This document shows, in pieces, positions 1 through 11,154 of a DNA stretch of 64,000 nt. The stretch is from Octopus sinensis. Lineage: Eukaryota. Within the stretch, counting starts at the first letter, position 1. Each line of letters opens with the position of its first letter. Where the stretch lies: positions 23,188,001 through 23,252,000 of the forward strand of contig NC_043001.1 in assembly GCF_006345805.1 (NCBI RefSeq), given 5' to 3'. The notes under the pieces are model-generated. The model had not been told where the DNA came from. It saw nothing but the letters and a program-made list of their open reading frames with translations, and searched no databases. Made by a program: the position numbers and the translations under genes.

Positions 1-2356
1 CTTAGGAAGCTTAATGGTTGTGGGAAGGAGAACAGATCAAATATTTTTGCTATTACAGCAAATAAACTAGCAAATGGTATGTAATACGGCATGTTATTTG
101 CCCAGCCGTCAATGTTTCATTAACTATAATGAACGGAGTAACAGAGCCAAGTGATCTTTTCACATTTAGACATTTAGAGGCACAACATGAATATTAATTT
201 CCAAGGCTGTCAAACACATAAAGAACCTATTTCAAAAGTGGAAACCAAAGAAATAAAAAATACTTCATGTTTTTGTTTGTTCTTTTCTTTTCTCTCAATA
301 AATAAACCACATATCCAGCTTCAGGTTAAAAACAAGGTTTCAGTTACAGACACAGTGTGCCCAAATGTGTATATTGAGATTGTGCTGTCAAACAAAGTAT
401 ACTGTCCTTTAAAAATATGTCATTTGTTTTATAAAACAAATCCTTAATACTTTTTTTTTTTATCAAAAGCCATGAAGTTGTAATGCTAAAATGTTATTCT
501 CACTGGACAAATTTTTTAAAAATCATATCACCCTTGAATAACTAGCATTAAATTCAGCTCTCTTTACATATATTTCGCAAGCCATTGTAGTAGAAAAACA
601 ATCTAATTTGTGACAGATGTAAAATTAAATTTCATTCTTACACTTTTATCTCTTCCTCTTTCTCTTGTTAATTTGGAATTATATTCTCTAATTAAAATAT
701 GGTACAAATTATAGTAATGATGAAAAACAGTAGTTTTCTAATAAATAACCCACTTATTTTCCTGTACAACTTTTATTCTAACTTCACAAGGTTATAAATA
801 AACAAAAAGGAACAAATTTTACTTCAAGTTTCAATATGATGTGATGTTAGTTCTTATAGACATTTGTAACCCCAGTTTAGACATCTAGTTTATAAAAGAG
901 TTTTAAAAATTATCACATAAGCCTAAAAATCAAGATATTTTTAGCAATATGTCACAAACATATTTTAACTAACCTAAAGTTTGCTAATGCCTAAACACTG
1001 CTTGGTGCTGATACTGCTTAATTTCTCTCAACTTGTCCAATAGTGCAACCCAGTCAATGTTGTTGATTATGTTTCAGCTATGACTTTAAATTTGCCCAGA
1101 GCTACCCAACTTCAGTATTTTCCATTGATAACAACTAAAGAGCTAGAAATGCTGTGTTTGGGAATCTGATAGAAGGCAACACTGGGCAGTGTTTTTACCA
1201 TTAGAGGGAATTTTTATCTCCATGGTAACTGCAGTGAATTTGCCTTTAGAAGTTGAAATATGTCACAAACATATTTTAACTAACCTAAAGTTTGCTTTTA
1301 ACAATCATTATGTCATACTTGAAGCATATTTACTGATGAAAGTCTTCTAAACTGCATTATTTGTCTCAAGAATGCATCTCTTATAAACATGTCATAGTCT
1401 CTTAAAAAAGAAAAAACAAATATTACAGCAGGTGATGCCACAAATGGGCAATTTTTGCCTGCTGCACCTTAACACTATATGTCTAAGAGATATTTTCTCA
1501 AGATGAATATCAGAGTTTAGAAAGCTTTCAGCAATAAATATACTTTAAGTATGATAAATAAATCCCTAATTTGAAGTAATACTGCTTCCACTGCAAGTAA
1601 CAAGTAGTTTTTTTTTTTTGTTTTTTTCTGTTTTGCAAAATATATTTTACGACATGAAATATGTTTCATTACTATAACTATGAATAATTTCTAAAATCAA
1701 TCTTAACTTTCAAATTTCAAATAAAGTTTTGGCCTAATAAAATTCTCTTTCCAAATGCTTTGATAAATTACTTTGATGGTGTTGTTTAAAACAAGTGACT
1801 AAACGAAGCAGAATTAACAAATTTAATCAATTAGAATGGAGTTGTGTCATCACTGAAAGATTTAATTTCATGTAACAAGTCAATCTAGCAGCACCCATTC
1901 TTCTCCAAAGATGTGCATACAGTTAATTAACAAAGTGCATCAGAATGCATTTTTTTCTTGTTATTTTCTTGATTTTCTGAGGAATAAAGCTGAGAAAACT
2001 GGAATAAAATGGTAATGAGCTCACACTGGATATTTGAGTTTTAACTGATAAAAAAGGAAAAAGAATTCAACCATAAAAATCACTCTGCTTGGCCTCACCT
2101 TTACAATTAAAGAAAATATAAGTTTTTATGATTTTATTACAAAATCTTGTAGATTTTTACCATAATTTAGAATCTCTTAAAAATAAATTTCATAGAAAAA
2201 TATCAAAATCTAACTTTCCACTGTTTTTTTTTTTTAAGGTTTAAAATTTAATGCTACTAAAAAAAAAAAAAAAACCCCAAGAGTTTTAAGGCAGATAATT
2301 AGAAACAGGAAACAGGATATTTAAGTGTTTCTAGAATGAAATGCCTAGTTTCTTAC

Positions 2357-2555
2357 CTTTCGGCTGTTGCGTGCTGATTGCCGATAACGGTGCCATCGAC
2401 ATCCTAAGGAGCCAGTTATGCAGAGAAGGCAATAATTGTGTTTGTAATATTGCAATCGCGTGTGAGTAACCATAGCAACAAGAATGAACAGACAGTAAAA
2501 GTAGTCAACAGAAGGAAACAGCAGATCCACCAACTCTATAAGCCATGTTTCTAGC
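2357..2555 (-). CDS. Candidate exon of a large minus-strand host gene, probably carrying the first coding bases; product unidentified
   Basis: Minus-strand acceptor tttcttctttttcag|G at 2556/2557 and donor AAG|gtaaga at 2356. The 3' end of the exon is CpG- and GC-richer than its flanks. Candidate reading MSMAPLSAISTQQPK from ATG at 2402, downstream of an in-frame TGA. Alternatives are discussed in findings. Confidence 0.5.
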
Positions 2556-2946
2556 CTGAAAAAGAAGAAATTCAGAAATTAGTCAATAATAGAAATGGAA
2601 CAATAATAATTTGATTCATGAAATTAAAATCAATTCATAAAATATGGTTTAAATTGTAAACAATATGCTTTACAATGGTTCGTTGCTTTGGGGGTTTTGT
2701 TTTGTTTGGTTATCTTTTACAAGTAACACAGATTCATTCATTGGGATAGTACAATTTGCATATTTCATTCCCAAATATTGTATTACTAGACTAAGCTACA
2801 GCAATAGTAACTCTGTTTATAGTTTGTCTTTTGCTAGCATTTGAGACTTTACATGATGTCATATGAATACCAATCCTTCATTAGAGCATACCATATACTA
2901 CCATTGTCCTTGCTGCATTTTAACAATACTGGTTAAGGTGACATAC

Positions 2947-3138
2947 GATAGATTTATCTAGATAAATGAATGAAGTTCCATTGCAGGCTCTTCAAATACT
3001 CCTGCTCTGTATAGTATATTGTCTCTTCATCTCTGTATTTTGGCTCATCACTGGTCTTTGGGATGGATGTGGTCTTTTTGCTTTCCATTTGATACAAGTC
3101 AGCTGAAAGTATATGTCCCCCATAGAATATCCTCATGT
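2947..3138 (-). other. Candidate 192-nt leader (5'-UTR) exon with upstream ORFs
   Basis: Acceptor ctacag| at 3139/3140 and donor C|gtatgt at 2946. All three frames contain stops. Holds the 60-aa ORF 3136..2954 and a 43-aa ORF in another frame. Confidence 0.4.
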
Positions 3139-3599
3139 CTGTAGTATAGATTTAGTTATACATTTATTGCTGTTTTGATCAGAATAAATCTGAATTTTCA
3201 AGAACATAAAAAGTACTATATTTCCGAGTTCTCATTTTTATTGATATTTTTATTTTTAACTCTACCTGAAAAGATACCGGTCATCATCATCATGTAACAT
3301 GTTTTCTTTGCTGTCATGAGTTGCATAGTTTGACAGGAGTTAGTAAAGCCAGGGGCTACACCAGATTCTATAGTCTGTTTTGGCACAGTTTCTACAGCTT
3401 GATGCCCCTTACTAATGCAACCACTTGACAGAGTGTACTGGATGCTTTTTATGTGGCACCAGTGCTTTTTACATGGCACTGTCATCAGTAAATAGAAAAA
3501 AAATTTAAACATTATTATTCCTAAGTAGAAGCTGTTTAAAAATTGAATTTTTTTAATAATTGTAGATTAAGATGAGAGTCAGGTCAGGTCAGGGATCTC

Positions 3600-3850
3600 A
3601 TCACAGGTTGATGAGACCAGCTACTGGTACCATGTAAAGCAGAACTGCATGTTCTATGGTCAAGGAGGAGCTAAGATGGCTCCCCCACTTGTGTAGCTTG
3701 CTACTCTTGTGAGGAGGGTGTCTAGACACTCGGCATGACTAAAAACAAGACCTGTCAAAGGATGAATAAGTTCCTTGCGAGCCAGTGGCCATCCAGTTGG
3801 GGAAGGCAATGGCAAATCATGCCAATGTCTCTGCCAAGAAAACAGTGAGG
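3600..3850 (+). mobile_element. RTE/Bov-B-type retroposon remnant
   Basis: ggggaaggcaatggcaaatcatgccaatgtctctgccaagaaaac (3798-3843) resembles the conserved Bov-B/RTE motif GGAGAAGGAAATGGCAACCCACTCCAGTATTCTTGCC. Confidence 0.5.
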
Positions 3851-4137
3851 AAGTCAAAATAAAATAACGCTATGGGAGAACATGCAGTTAACAGGAAGTC
3901 TTTCATTGTAGTACCATCAACATGTCACAAAAGCATATATTACATGGAGACAATGAGATGAAGATAGAGAAGTAACTTAAAAAACTAAAAGTCTATAAAT
4001 TGCAGACATAGTTGTGGGATTAAGAAGTTTGCTTAGAAGCCATGCATGGCACCCTGGGCAAATGTCTTCTACTATAGGCTCGGTCTGACCAAAGCCTTGT
4101 GAGTTGGTTTGGTAGATGGAAACTGAAAGAAGCCTGA

Positions 4138-4183
<46 letters not shown>

Positions 4184-4436
4184 TATATAGACCATCATCA
4201 TCAGCAGCATCATCATCATCGTTTAATGCCCACTTTTCATGCCGGCATGGGTTGGACAGTTTGACATGGAACTGTCAAGTATTTCAAAACAATATCTCAT
4301 TTACCATGTTGTTCTCTAACCATAATAATAGCCATTTCATTACACTCAGGAACATTGAATCGACGGACATGTTCTGCTGATCTTTTGTCTGCATCAATGA
4401 CAACTTGAAAGTCTGCAGCTGAAGTATATTTTTAAG

Positions 4437-5071
4437 CAGTGCTTCTCAAACTGTCTGATGTGGTGTACCAGCAGTTTTATTTTTCCAATGTGCCAGGGAC
4501 TAGTAATATTACTTTATACCAGAAACAATATATATAATGTAAAGTGTACTAGCCATCTGAATGTGGCTAGCCACTGGGGTGGGGTGTTACTGACGCTTTT
4601 AGCCCCAGGAGATCGACGTCTCCAGCTGGCCTTAGACACAATTTCAGTGCCCTTGTGTTATCTCGTTCGGAGATTTATTAATATATATAATGAATATAAT
4701 AAAAGTTGACAATTTTTTTTATCTTATATTTATTTTGTAAACAAATAATACAATATTACATAAACATTTTATTATCTTAATCTTTACTGATGTGAAAAGT
4801 GAGCCCGCTTCTTCTTTGTCAGTTTATCATGTCGTAAGCTATGGTAAATATATTATCATAACACAAATATATATTTACTTACACAATCTCTACCACAGTC
4901 AGTGAATACCACACTCCACCGGGCAGCTGACAAGTTGTTTACTGCAGTTCATAAGGAGAAATTACTGAAATTATGCTGTGTTTCTTTCTTTTCTGGAAAC
5001 TCACCACACACCGGCAGCTGATGGCTTGTGGACCAGCACCAATCTGCAGACCACCACTTTGAGTAGCACTG
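4437..5071. mobile_element. hAT (Charlie-like) MITE
   Basis: TIRs cagtgcttctcaaa (4437) and tttgagtagcactg (ending 5071). Degenerate 8-bp flanks tttttaag / ctctaaag. Confidence 0.7.
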
Positions 5072-5099
5072 CTCTAAAGCATACTGAAAGCTTCTCACA

Positions 5100-6740
5100 T
5101 AAGAATTCTTTTCCTGAAGCATTTCTCACAGCTTACAAATAATTTCTATTCTTGTACCTGGACAATTCTTGTTGCAATTCTGTGCTTCCCTTTGAATGTC
5201 ACCTATAAAATATATTTCTAAAAATTGTGGATCTTTATTCTGTAAAGGCTTAAGAGAGCCAATTCTGTGATAAATTTTTCCTTGCACTTTAAAAGTCGGC
5301 ATAAACCCACTTTCCCTAATAATTTTTGCCCCAAATGATGTCATTTGAAAAGCACAATTATATGCTTGAATATTTTTAAGAAAGTATTTTGATTCTGAAG
5401 CGACACCCAAAATATGTTTTATAAGTTCTGGAGGCTCAATTATTGGTAAATGAACTTTACCTTTAGAACAACACTTACCTAATAATTCCTTGTCCCACTT
5501 CCTAGCACCACACTTTTCACATGTTTTGCACATAGAGCCCAGGGAGACAAGTTTTTCAGATGCATAATTACAATCAGGAACATAATTAAATGCTACACCT
5601 TGCCTCTGAAATCGTCTATACTTTTTCTGTTGATATTCTCTGAAACGCTTTCTTCTTTTTAGTCATATTTTTTGGTCACTTACACTCTCTTGTTTTCTAT
5701 TTAGTCTACCTTTTTCTCTCCTATCTGCAATTGTATTTCTTCATCTTTTTTATTTCAGTAATTTTCCTTCTTTCTCTGCAATCTTATTTCCCTATCTTTA
5801 TTATTTTTTTTTTCTCTTGTCCTCCTCTCATATTCCTTCATTTTTTGCAACCAAACTTTCCGGTGGTTTTTGCTCTCTTCTACAATTTTCATATTAAGTG
5901 TTTGAATTCTCATTCTTTTGTCTTTTTCACTGTCTTGTGATGTTTCATTTCCTTCAACATTTCTTTCATGCTTATGATTGTTTATGGGAAAGAGAGCATC
6001 GTAGTGGCCGTTATCAAGTTCGCCATTATATAATACTAAAACCTTCCTTTCTGTAACTTTCCGACTGCAAACAGTGAACAGAGAAAGAATAATTTCATCA
6101 TTTTTGTGATGAACCTAAATTGCAACATTGTACAATTCACTAATGGCAGCTAATTCAACATTACCGCTGTATGCTCCATCCCTACTCATGTACGTTTGGT
6201 ATTCCTGCAGATCTTTTCGGTTTGAACGGCAGTTTTTAAAAATAATTTCCATGTAACTAAACACTTTTAAACTTCGTATACTGGTAGAATGTGTTTATAA
6301 AACATCTTTTTCTCTTGGCTTTATTGAGAAAATTCTATAGTTTGTAAGATATTTGTTGTTGTTTTTTCTTCAATTTCCGCAATTTCAACCAATCAATGAC
6401 GTCTATTGAGGTGAAAACATTATGTGCCATATGAATATGTCCCTCATTTAAGAAACAGATTGGGTTTATTTACATTTCTGAAGAAAAAAAAGATACCCTT
6501 TCCCCCACCCCTAACCCTAAAACAGATCGATACTAGGGTCATAATTATGGGTGACAATTTCATATGACACATTCCTGCATTTTACCATTAGGAATAAAAG
6601 AACGAAAATACTTCCAATTATTGCATATGTATCGTACAGACTCTTCCTGAAGAATTTGGTAATTTCTGTTGTTTTTGAGCAAGAGTGACACAGCTCTGGA
6701 CATACAGTTACCATCACCCATGACTTTATTAAAGGACTGA
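5100..6740 (-). pseudogene. Helitron Rep/helicase relic with N-terminal OTU cysteine-protease (deubiquitinase) domain
   Basis: Hand translation: VMGDGNCMSRAVS (DGNC at 6715-6704) ... YMSRDGAYSGNVELAAISELY ... LYNGELDNGHYDALFP (HYD at 6006-5998). Then a K/E/R-rich linker, then AFNYVPDCNY...GSMCKTCEKCGARKW...CCSKGKVHLP...YNCAFQMTSFG...GFMPTFKVQGKIYHRIGSL...PQFLEIYF, the typical N-terminal region of Helitron RepHel. In-frame stops and an insertion at 6209-6570; the Rep HUH and helicase parts are missing. Confidence 0.85.
6209..6570. mobile_element. Non-autonomous insertion (single arm of the 44.2-45.0 kb foldback family) inside the OTU domain
   Basis: Starts agatcttttcggtttgaacggca, contains cccctaaccctaa, ends catatgacac. 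Flanked by exact duplication attcctgc (6201-6208 and 6571-6578). Removing it restores the OTU frame. Confidence 0.85.
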
Positions 6741-7023
6741 ATTAATAAATTAATGTAATTGTTGAATATTTTTCAATAAATTCAGTAAGGGACTTTATCT
6801 TCAATTCAAACTTTAGATAGTTTTGTGAACAGAAGGTGACGGAAAATTACAACACCAAAAGGGATAAGATTCTAAATGATAGCAAAATCCCCTTTAGAAA
6901 TCTGTCTTTCAATCTTTGTGATAGATGAATGAGTGATTATAATTTTGTAAATAATAAAAACGAAATTAATAAGCTACTTCACCTTCAATGTTGACTTGAA
7001 ACGTGGTCTTCATGGAAAGAAAA

Positions 7024-7385
7024 GTGAACAAAGTATTTAGCAGACGATAACTTCTTTATCAACTTTTCACAAATGGAAAAAACGGAATACTTCGGTTATT
7101 TCCGGATAATTTCGGTTTAAACGCTGTCCAATACCTGTCTAGAAATGTGTGAGTGTGTGTATGTGTGTATGAGAGAGAGGGAGGGAGATAGAGAGAGACA
7201 GACTAACAGAGGGAGAAAGACAGAGTGAAACAGACTGAGAGACAAAAAGAAAAGTGAACTAAATATTTAGCAGACGATAACTTCTTTATGAACTGTTCAC
7301 AAATGGCAGAAACGGAATACTTCGGTTATTTCCGGATAATTTCGGTTTAAACGCTGTCCAATACTTATCTAGAAATTTGCGAGTG
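7024..7385. repeat. Two ~125-bp direct repeats spaced ~230 bp apart, upstream of the Helitron ORF
   Basis: gtgaac..tatttagcagacgataacttctttat...cggaatacttcggttatttccggataatttcggtttaaacgctgtccaatac occurs at ~7024 and ~7254, each followed by GT/GA microsatellite. Confidence 0.8.
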
Positions 7386-7732
7386 TGTGTATGTATGTGG
7401 GGGGGGGGAAAGACTAACAAACGGAAAGTGAGAGACAAAGTGAAAGGGAGTGAGAGGCAGAGAGAAAGAGACACGAGCGAGAGAGAAAGATATTGAAAGC
7501 ACGCGCGTGTATATCCCTGAATGACAACAGTATTAATGTTACTATCCCACTGCCACTCCATATTTGTCGCTTACACAACTCTGTCCTCCTCTTCCCTGAT
7601 ATCAGTCACACTCTCTATGCCACTATGTTTCCCCTCACACTATAGCTCTTGCACCTTTCTCATTTTATCAAATGATACCCCCAACCTACCACATCCATTT
7701 TATAATTCCCTTTTTAAAAAAATTCTTTTATT

Positions 7733-7980
7733 TGTTTCAGTCACTTGACTGCGGCCATGCTGGAGCACCACTTTTAGTCTAAGAAATCGATCCCAGAACT
7801 TATTCTTTGTAAGCCTCGTACTTATTGTATGGGTCTCTTTTGCTGAACCACTAAGTTACGTGGACGTAAAGACACCAACATCGGTTGTCATGCGATGGTA
7901 GTGGGGACAAACACAGACCGCCTACCAACTCCACTCACAAGACCAAGACACTTGCCCAAGCTGCTATATAAGTAAGATAT
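7733..7980 (-). mobile_element. Dominant octopus-type tRNA-derived SINE (family A), 3' part
   Basis: tgtttcagtcacttgactgcggccatgctggagcacc...gacaaacacagac matches the family A copies elsewhere in the window. Confidence 0.85.
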
Positions 7981-8174
7981 GATAATATATATATATATAT
8001 ATATATAGCGCGCCAAATTGACCACTCTCTTATATTTGTTTTGTAAAAGTATTGTAATATGTTATATATATATATATATATATATAAATACAATCTGGGA
8101 CAAGAACGCATAACATTTAGAAGACGATACAAAAACCATGGACGGGGCATTCGAAGCCTTCAAACTATATATAC

Positions 8175-8176
8175 TC

Positions 8177-8208
<32 letters not shown>

Positions 8209-8480
8209 CTTTCTCTCTCGCTCTTGTCGCTTTGTCCCACTACCACCCCTTGACAACTGGTGATGGCTTGTTTATGTCCCCACTACTTAGCAGTTTGGCA
8301 AAACAGACTGATAGAATAAGTACCAGGCTTTAAAAAATAAAAGAAGGATCTTTTCACTTTGACCGGCAGATTTAAACAATAAAAGAATATTGGGGTCACC
8401 TCATTCAACTAGTAACTCTTCAAGGGTAGTGCCCCAACATGGTCACAGTCTCATAACTGAAACAATTAAAACATAAAGGA
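8175..8480 (+). mobile_element. SINE family A, 3' part
   Basis: tttgtcccactaccacc..ttgacaac...gatagaataagtaccaggc...ccccaacatggtcacagtc..actgaaaca; reverse complement of the 7733-7980 copy. Confidence 0.8.
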
Positions 8481-8489
8481 TAAAAGGTA

Positions 8490-9062
8490 AACTGGCAGAA
8501 ACGTTAGCATGCTGGGCGAAATGCGTAGTCGTATTTCGTCTGCTGTTAAGTTCTGAGTTCAAATTCCGCCGAGGTCGACTTTGCCTTTCATGCTTTCGGG
8601 GTCGATTAAATAAGTACCAGTTACGCACTGGGGTCGATATCATCATCATCATTTTCATCGTTTAGCGTCCGCTTTCCATGGTAGCATGGGTCGGACGGTT
8701 CAACTGGGGTCCAGGAAGCCAGAAGGCTGCACCAGGCCCAGTCTGATCTGGCAATGTTTCTACAGCTGGATGCCCTTCCTAACACCAACCACTCCGTGAG
8801 TGTAGAGGGTGCTTTTTACGTGCCACTGGCACAGGTGCCAGGCGAGGCTGGCAACGGCCACGATCGGATGGTGCTTTTTATGTGCCACCGGCACGGAGGC
8901 CAGTCGGGGCGGCGCTGGCAACGGCCACGTTCGGATGGTTCTCTTACGTGCCACCAGCACTGGTATCACAGCTACAATTTCCATTGATGTTGACTTAATC
9001 CGTTTGTCTGTCCTTGTTTGTCCTCGCTGTGTTTAGCTCCTTGTGGGTAGTAAAGAAATAGG
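8490..9062 (+). mobile_element. SINE family B split by an RTE-type 3'-end insertion (8641-8992)
   Basis: ctggcagaaacgttagcatgc...gttcaaattccgccgaggtcgactttgcctttcat...gggtcgatat, then the insert, then gacttaatccgtttgtc...gtaaagaaataggt. Compare the uninterrupted copy at 17720-17958. Confidence 0.85.
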
Positions 9063-9704
9063 TAAGCTAAAATTCCACATGGAATTCTCAAGTACTACCT
9101 AACACTAAGTATAGGCATGAAATTTATTCGGTCAACACAACTATGACTAAAGTAACAAGAACATGATATTGTTAAAAGCAAAAGATTATTCCGGAATCTA
9201 AACAAAGATATTAGTCATTGTTTGTTCTTCCTAATTGTTAATTTAATTGGGAAGGTAAAAGACAAGTTTAAGCAAGTTTCTGGTTTGAGCAGAATATTAG
9301 ACAATTTTATATCCTTTGCTTTTTCCCTAACTTGGAATAATTTGTAATATTCAACTTAGCAAAGCAGTTAAAGGTCGTATATCATAAACTCAGAAATAGA
9401 TTCTGTAATAAAGTAAAAGAAACAAGATTACCTTTCAGTAAGTTTCCACTAGAATTTTATCTAACTACTATAATCAAGACTAGTGAGTAGAGGGAAGTTC
9501 GTAGTTATTCTGTGTGTCATCATTGTAAAAGCTTACATTCTTCAATGCAATATCTCAGTTTAGTATCAGACAGAGTTTATTTATTCATATTTTATATCAC
9601 ATGCTGGAGCATCTGCCTTGAAGGGTTTAGTGAAACTAATCAACTCCAGTAATGGTTGAGGATAAACACATATATCTATCTCTCTCTATATATATATATA
9701 TATA

Positions 9705-10050
9705 TATCATCATTTAACGTCTGCTTTCCATTCTAGCATGGGTTGGATGATTTTGACTGAGGGCTGGCGAACCAGATGGCTACACCAGGCTCCAATCTTG
9801 ATCTGGCAGAGTTTCTACAGCTGGATGCCCTTCCTAACGTCAACCACTCCGAGAGTGTAGTGGGTGCTTTTTACATGCCACCGGCACAGGGGCCAGTCAG
9901 GCAGTACTAGCAATGACCTCGCTCGAATCTTTTTTACACATGCCACCGGCAACGCTGGTAATGATTACGCTCAAATGGTGCCCTTTTACGTGCCACCGGC
10001 ACGGAAGCCAGTTAGCCGCTCTGGCAATGATCACGCTCGGATGGTGCTCT
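9705..10050 (-). mobile_element. RTE LINE 3'-UTR fragment ending in (GAT)n
   Basis: catcatttaacgtctgctttccattctagcatgggttgga...gtttctacagctggatgcccttcctaac...; same sequence as the 3' UTR of the RTE copy at 39152-39880. Confidence 0.8.
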
Positions 10051-11154
10051 TATATACATATATATATATGATTATATATGATAGGCTTCTATACAGTTTC
10101 CATCTACCAAATTCAATCACAAAGTATTTGTTGGCCCAGAGTGGTAGTAGAAGACACTTGCCCAAGGTGATGTGCAGTAGGACTGAACCCAAAATCACAT
10201 GGTTGCAAAACAAGCTTCTTAATCACACAGCCATGCCTGTGCCTTGTCATTTCTTATCAACCATGAAGAGACAAAAGGTACATTTGGCATATGCAGAATT
10301 TGAACACAAAGTTAAGAAAGACGAAACATTAATCTCACACAAACCCGCAAATGTTCACACTAATTATTAGTATGTACTACATAAACTTTACATTCTTCTT
10401 TGGAAATAGAAATCATGTCTAATGTTTTTCATGTTAAAAAAATTATATAACCAAGAATAAATGTTTTTGACTTCTCAAATATAATTTTTGAGTGTAATTA
10501 AATAATAACAACTGCTTGTTAATTGCTAAAATTAGATTCCGGATATTACTAAGGAAATCATCAGGATATGAAGAAATCCAATCCTTTTCTTTCTCTTTAG
10601 CTTCAATTCACATTTATTCTTTGCTTTCTGTTTTCTATATATATAAAGTTTTCCAGAAATAAATCATGGAAATTTGCGTTTTTTTTTTTACCCTTTCTGC
10701 ACATTGCATACGAGGAAGAAATTGATGACTAATGGCTGCAGTTATTTTCATATAAAATACAAATCTATGGCTAGACTTGTCAGTAATTACTAACTCTAAG
10801 AATTATTGACTATAAAATATTTCTTTATGTATGCATATAATTTTTGGTCATTTCTTTATATAACAATATAAATGCATCATCATCATTGAACATTTTAAAC
10901 AGCATGTAATCTCTTATCTCAATTTTGAGACATTTCATTTATGATATACAGTAATACCCTGAGAATTATCTCCCTACTTCTTCCCATTTTAATATATTTC
11001 CACACAATAATGTTTATTATATGTAAAGGATGTAATTTTGTAATCTTGAAGAAAGACACTGGTCTTTAATGTAAAGTGTATTTCAATAACCTAAAAATGT
11101 AATATAAGTCAGTGGCCTAGAGAGTAAGAGCATTCTTTTATCTCTTAAACTTTT

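Noticed and set aside
2500-2546. MAYRVGGSAVSFC-TGA-LLLLSVHSCCYG read as a signal peptide with selenocysteine or stop readthrough
   Set aside because: There is no SECIS, conservation or homology evidence available; a uORF is the simpler explanation.
8941-9990. Repeated gtgctttttacgtgccac units resembling a repeat-spacer array
   Set aside because: The units are degenerate, irregularly spaced and part of a LINE 3' UTR in a eukaryotic genome; this is not CRISPR.
8754-10370. ORFs such as MFLQLDALPN... and MLFTCHRHRG..., and similar ones at 34-35, 39, 45-46 and 53 kb
   Set aside because: They are recurrent chance frames within RTE 3'-UTR and SINE copies.
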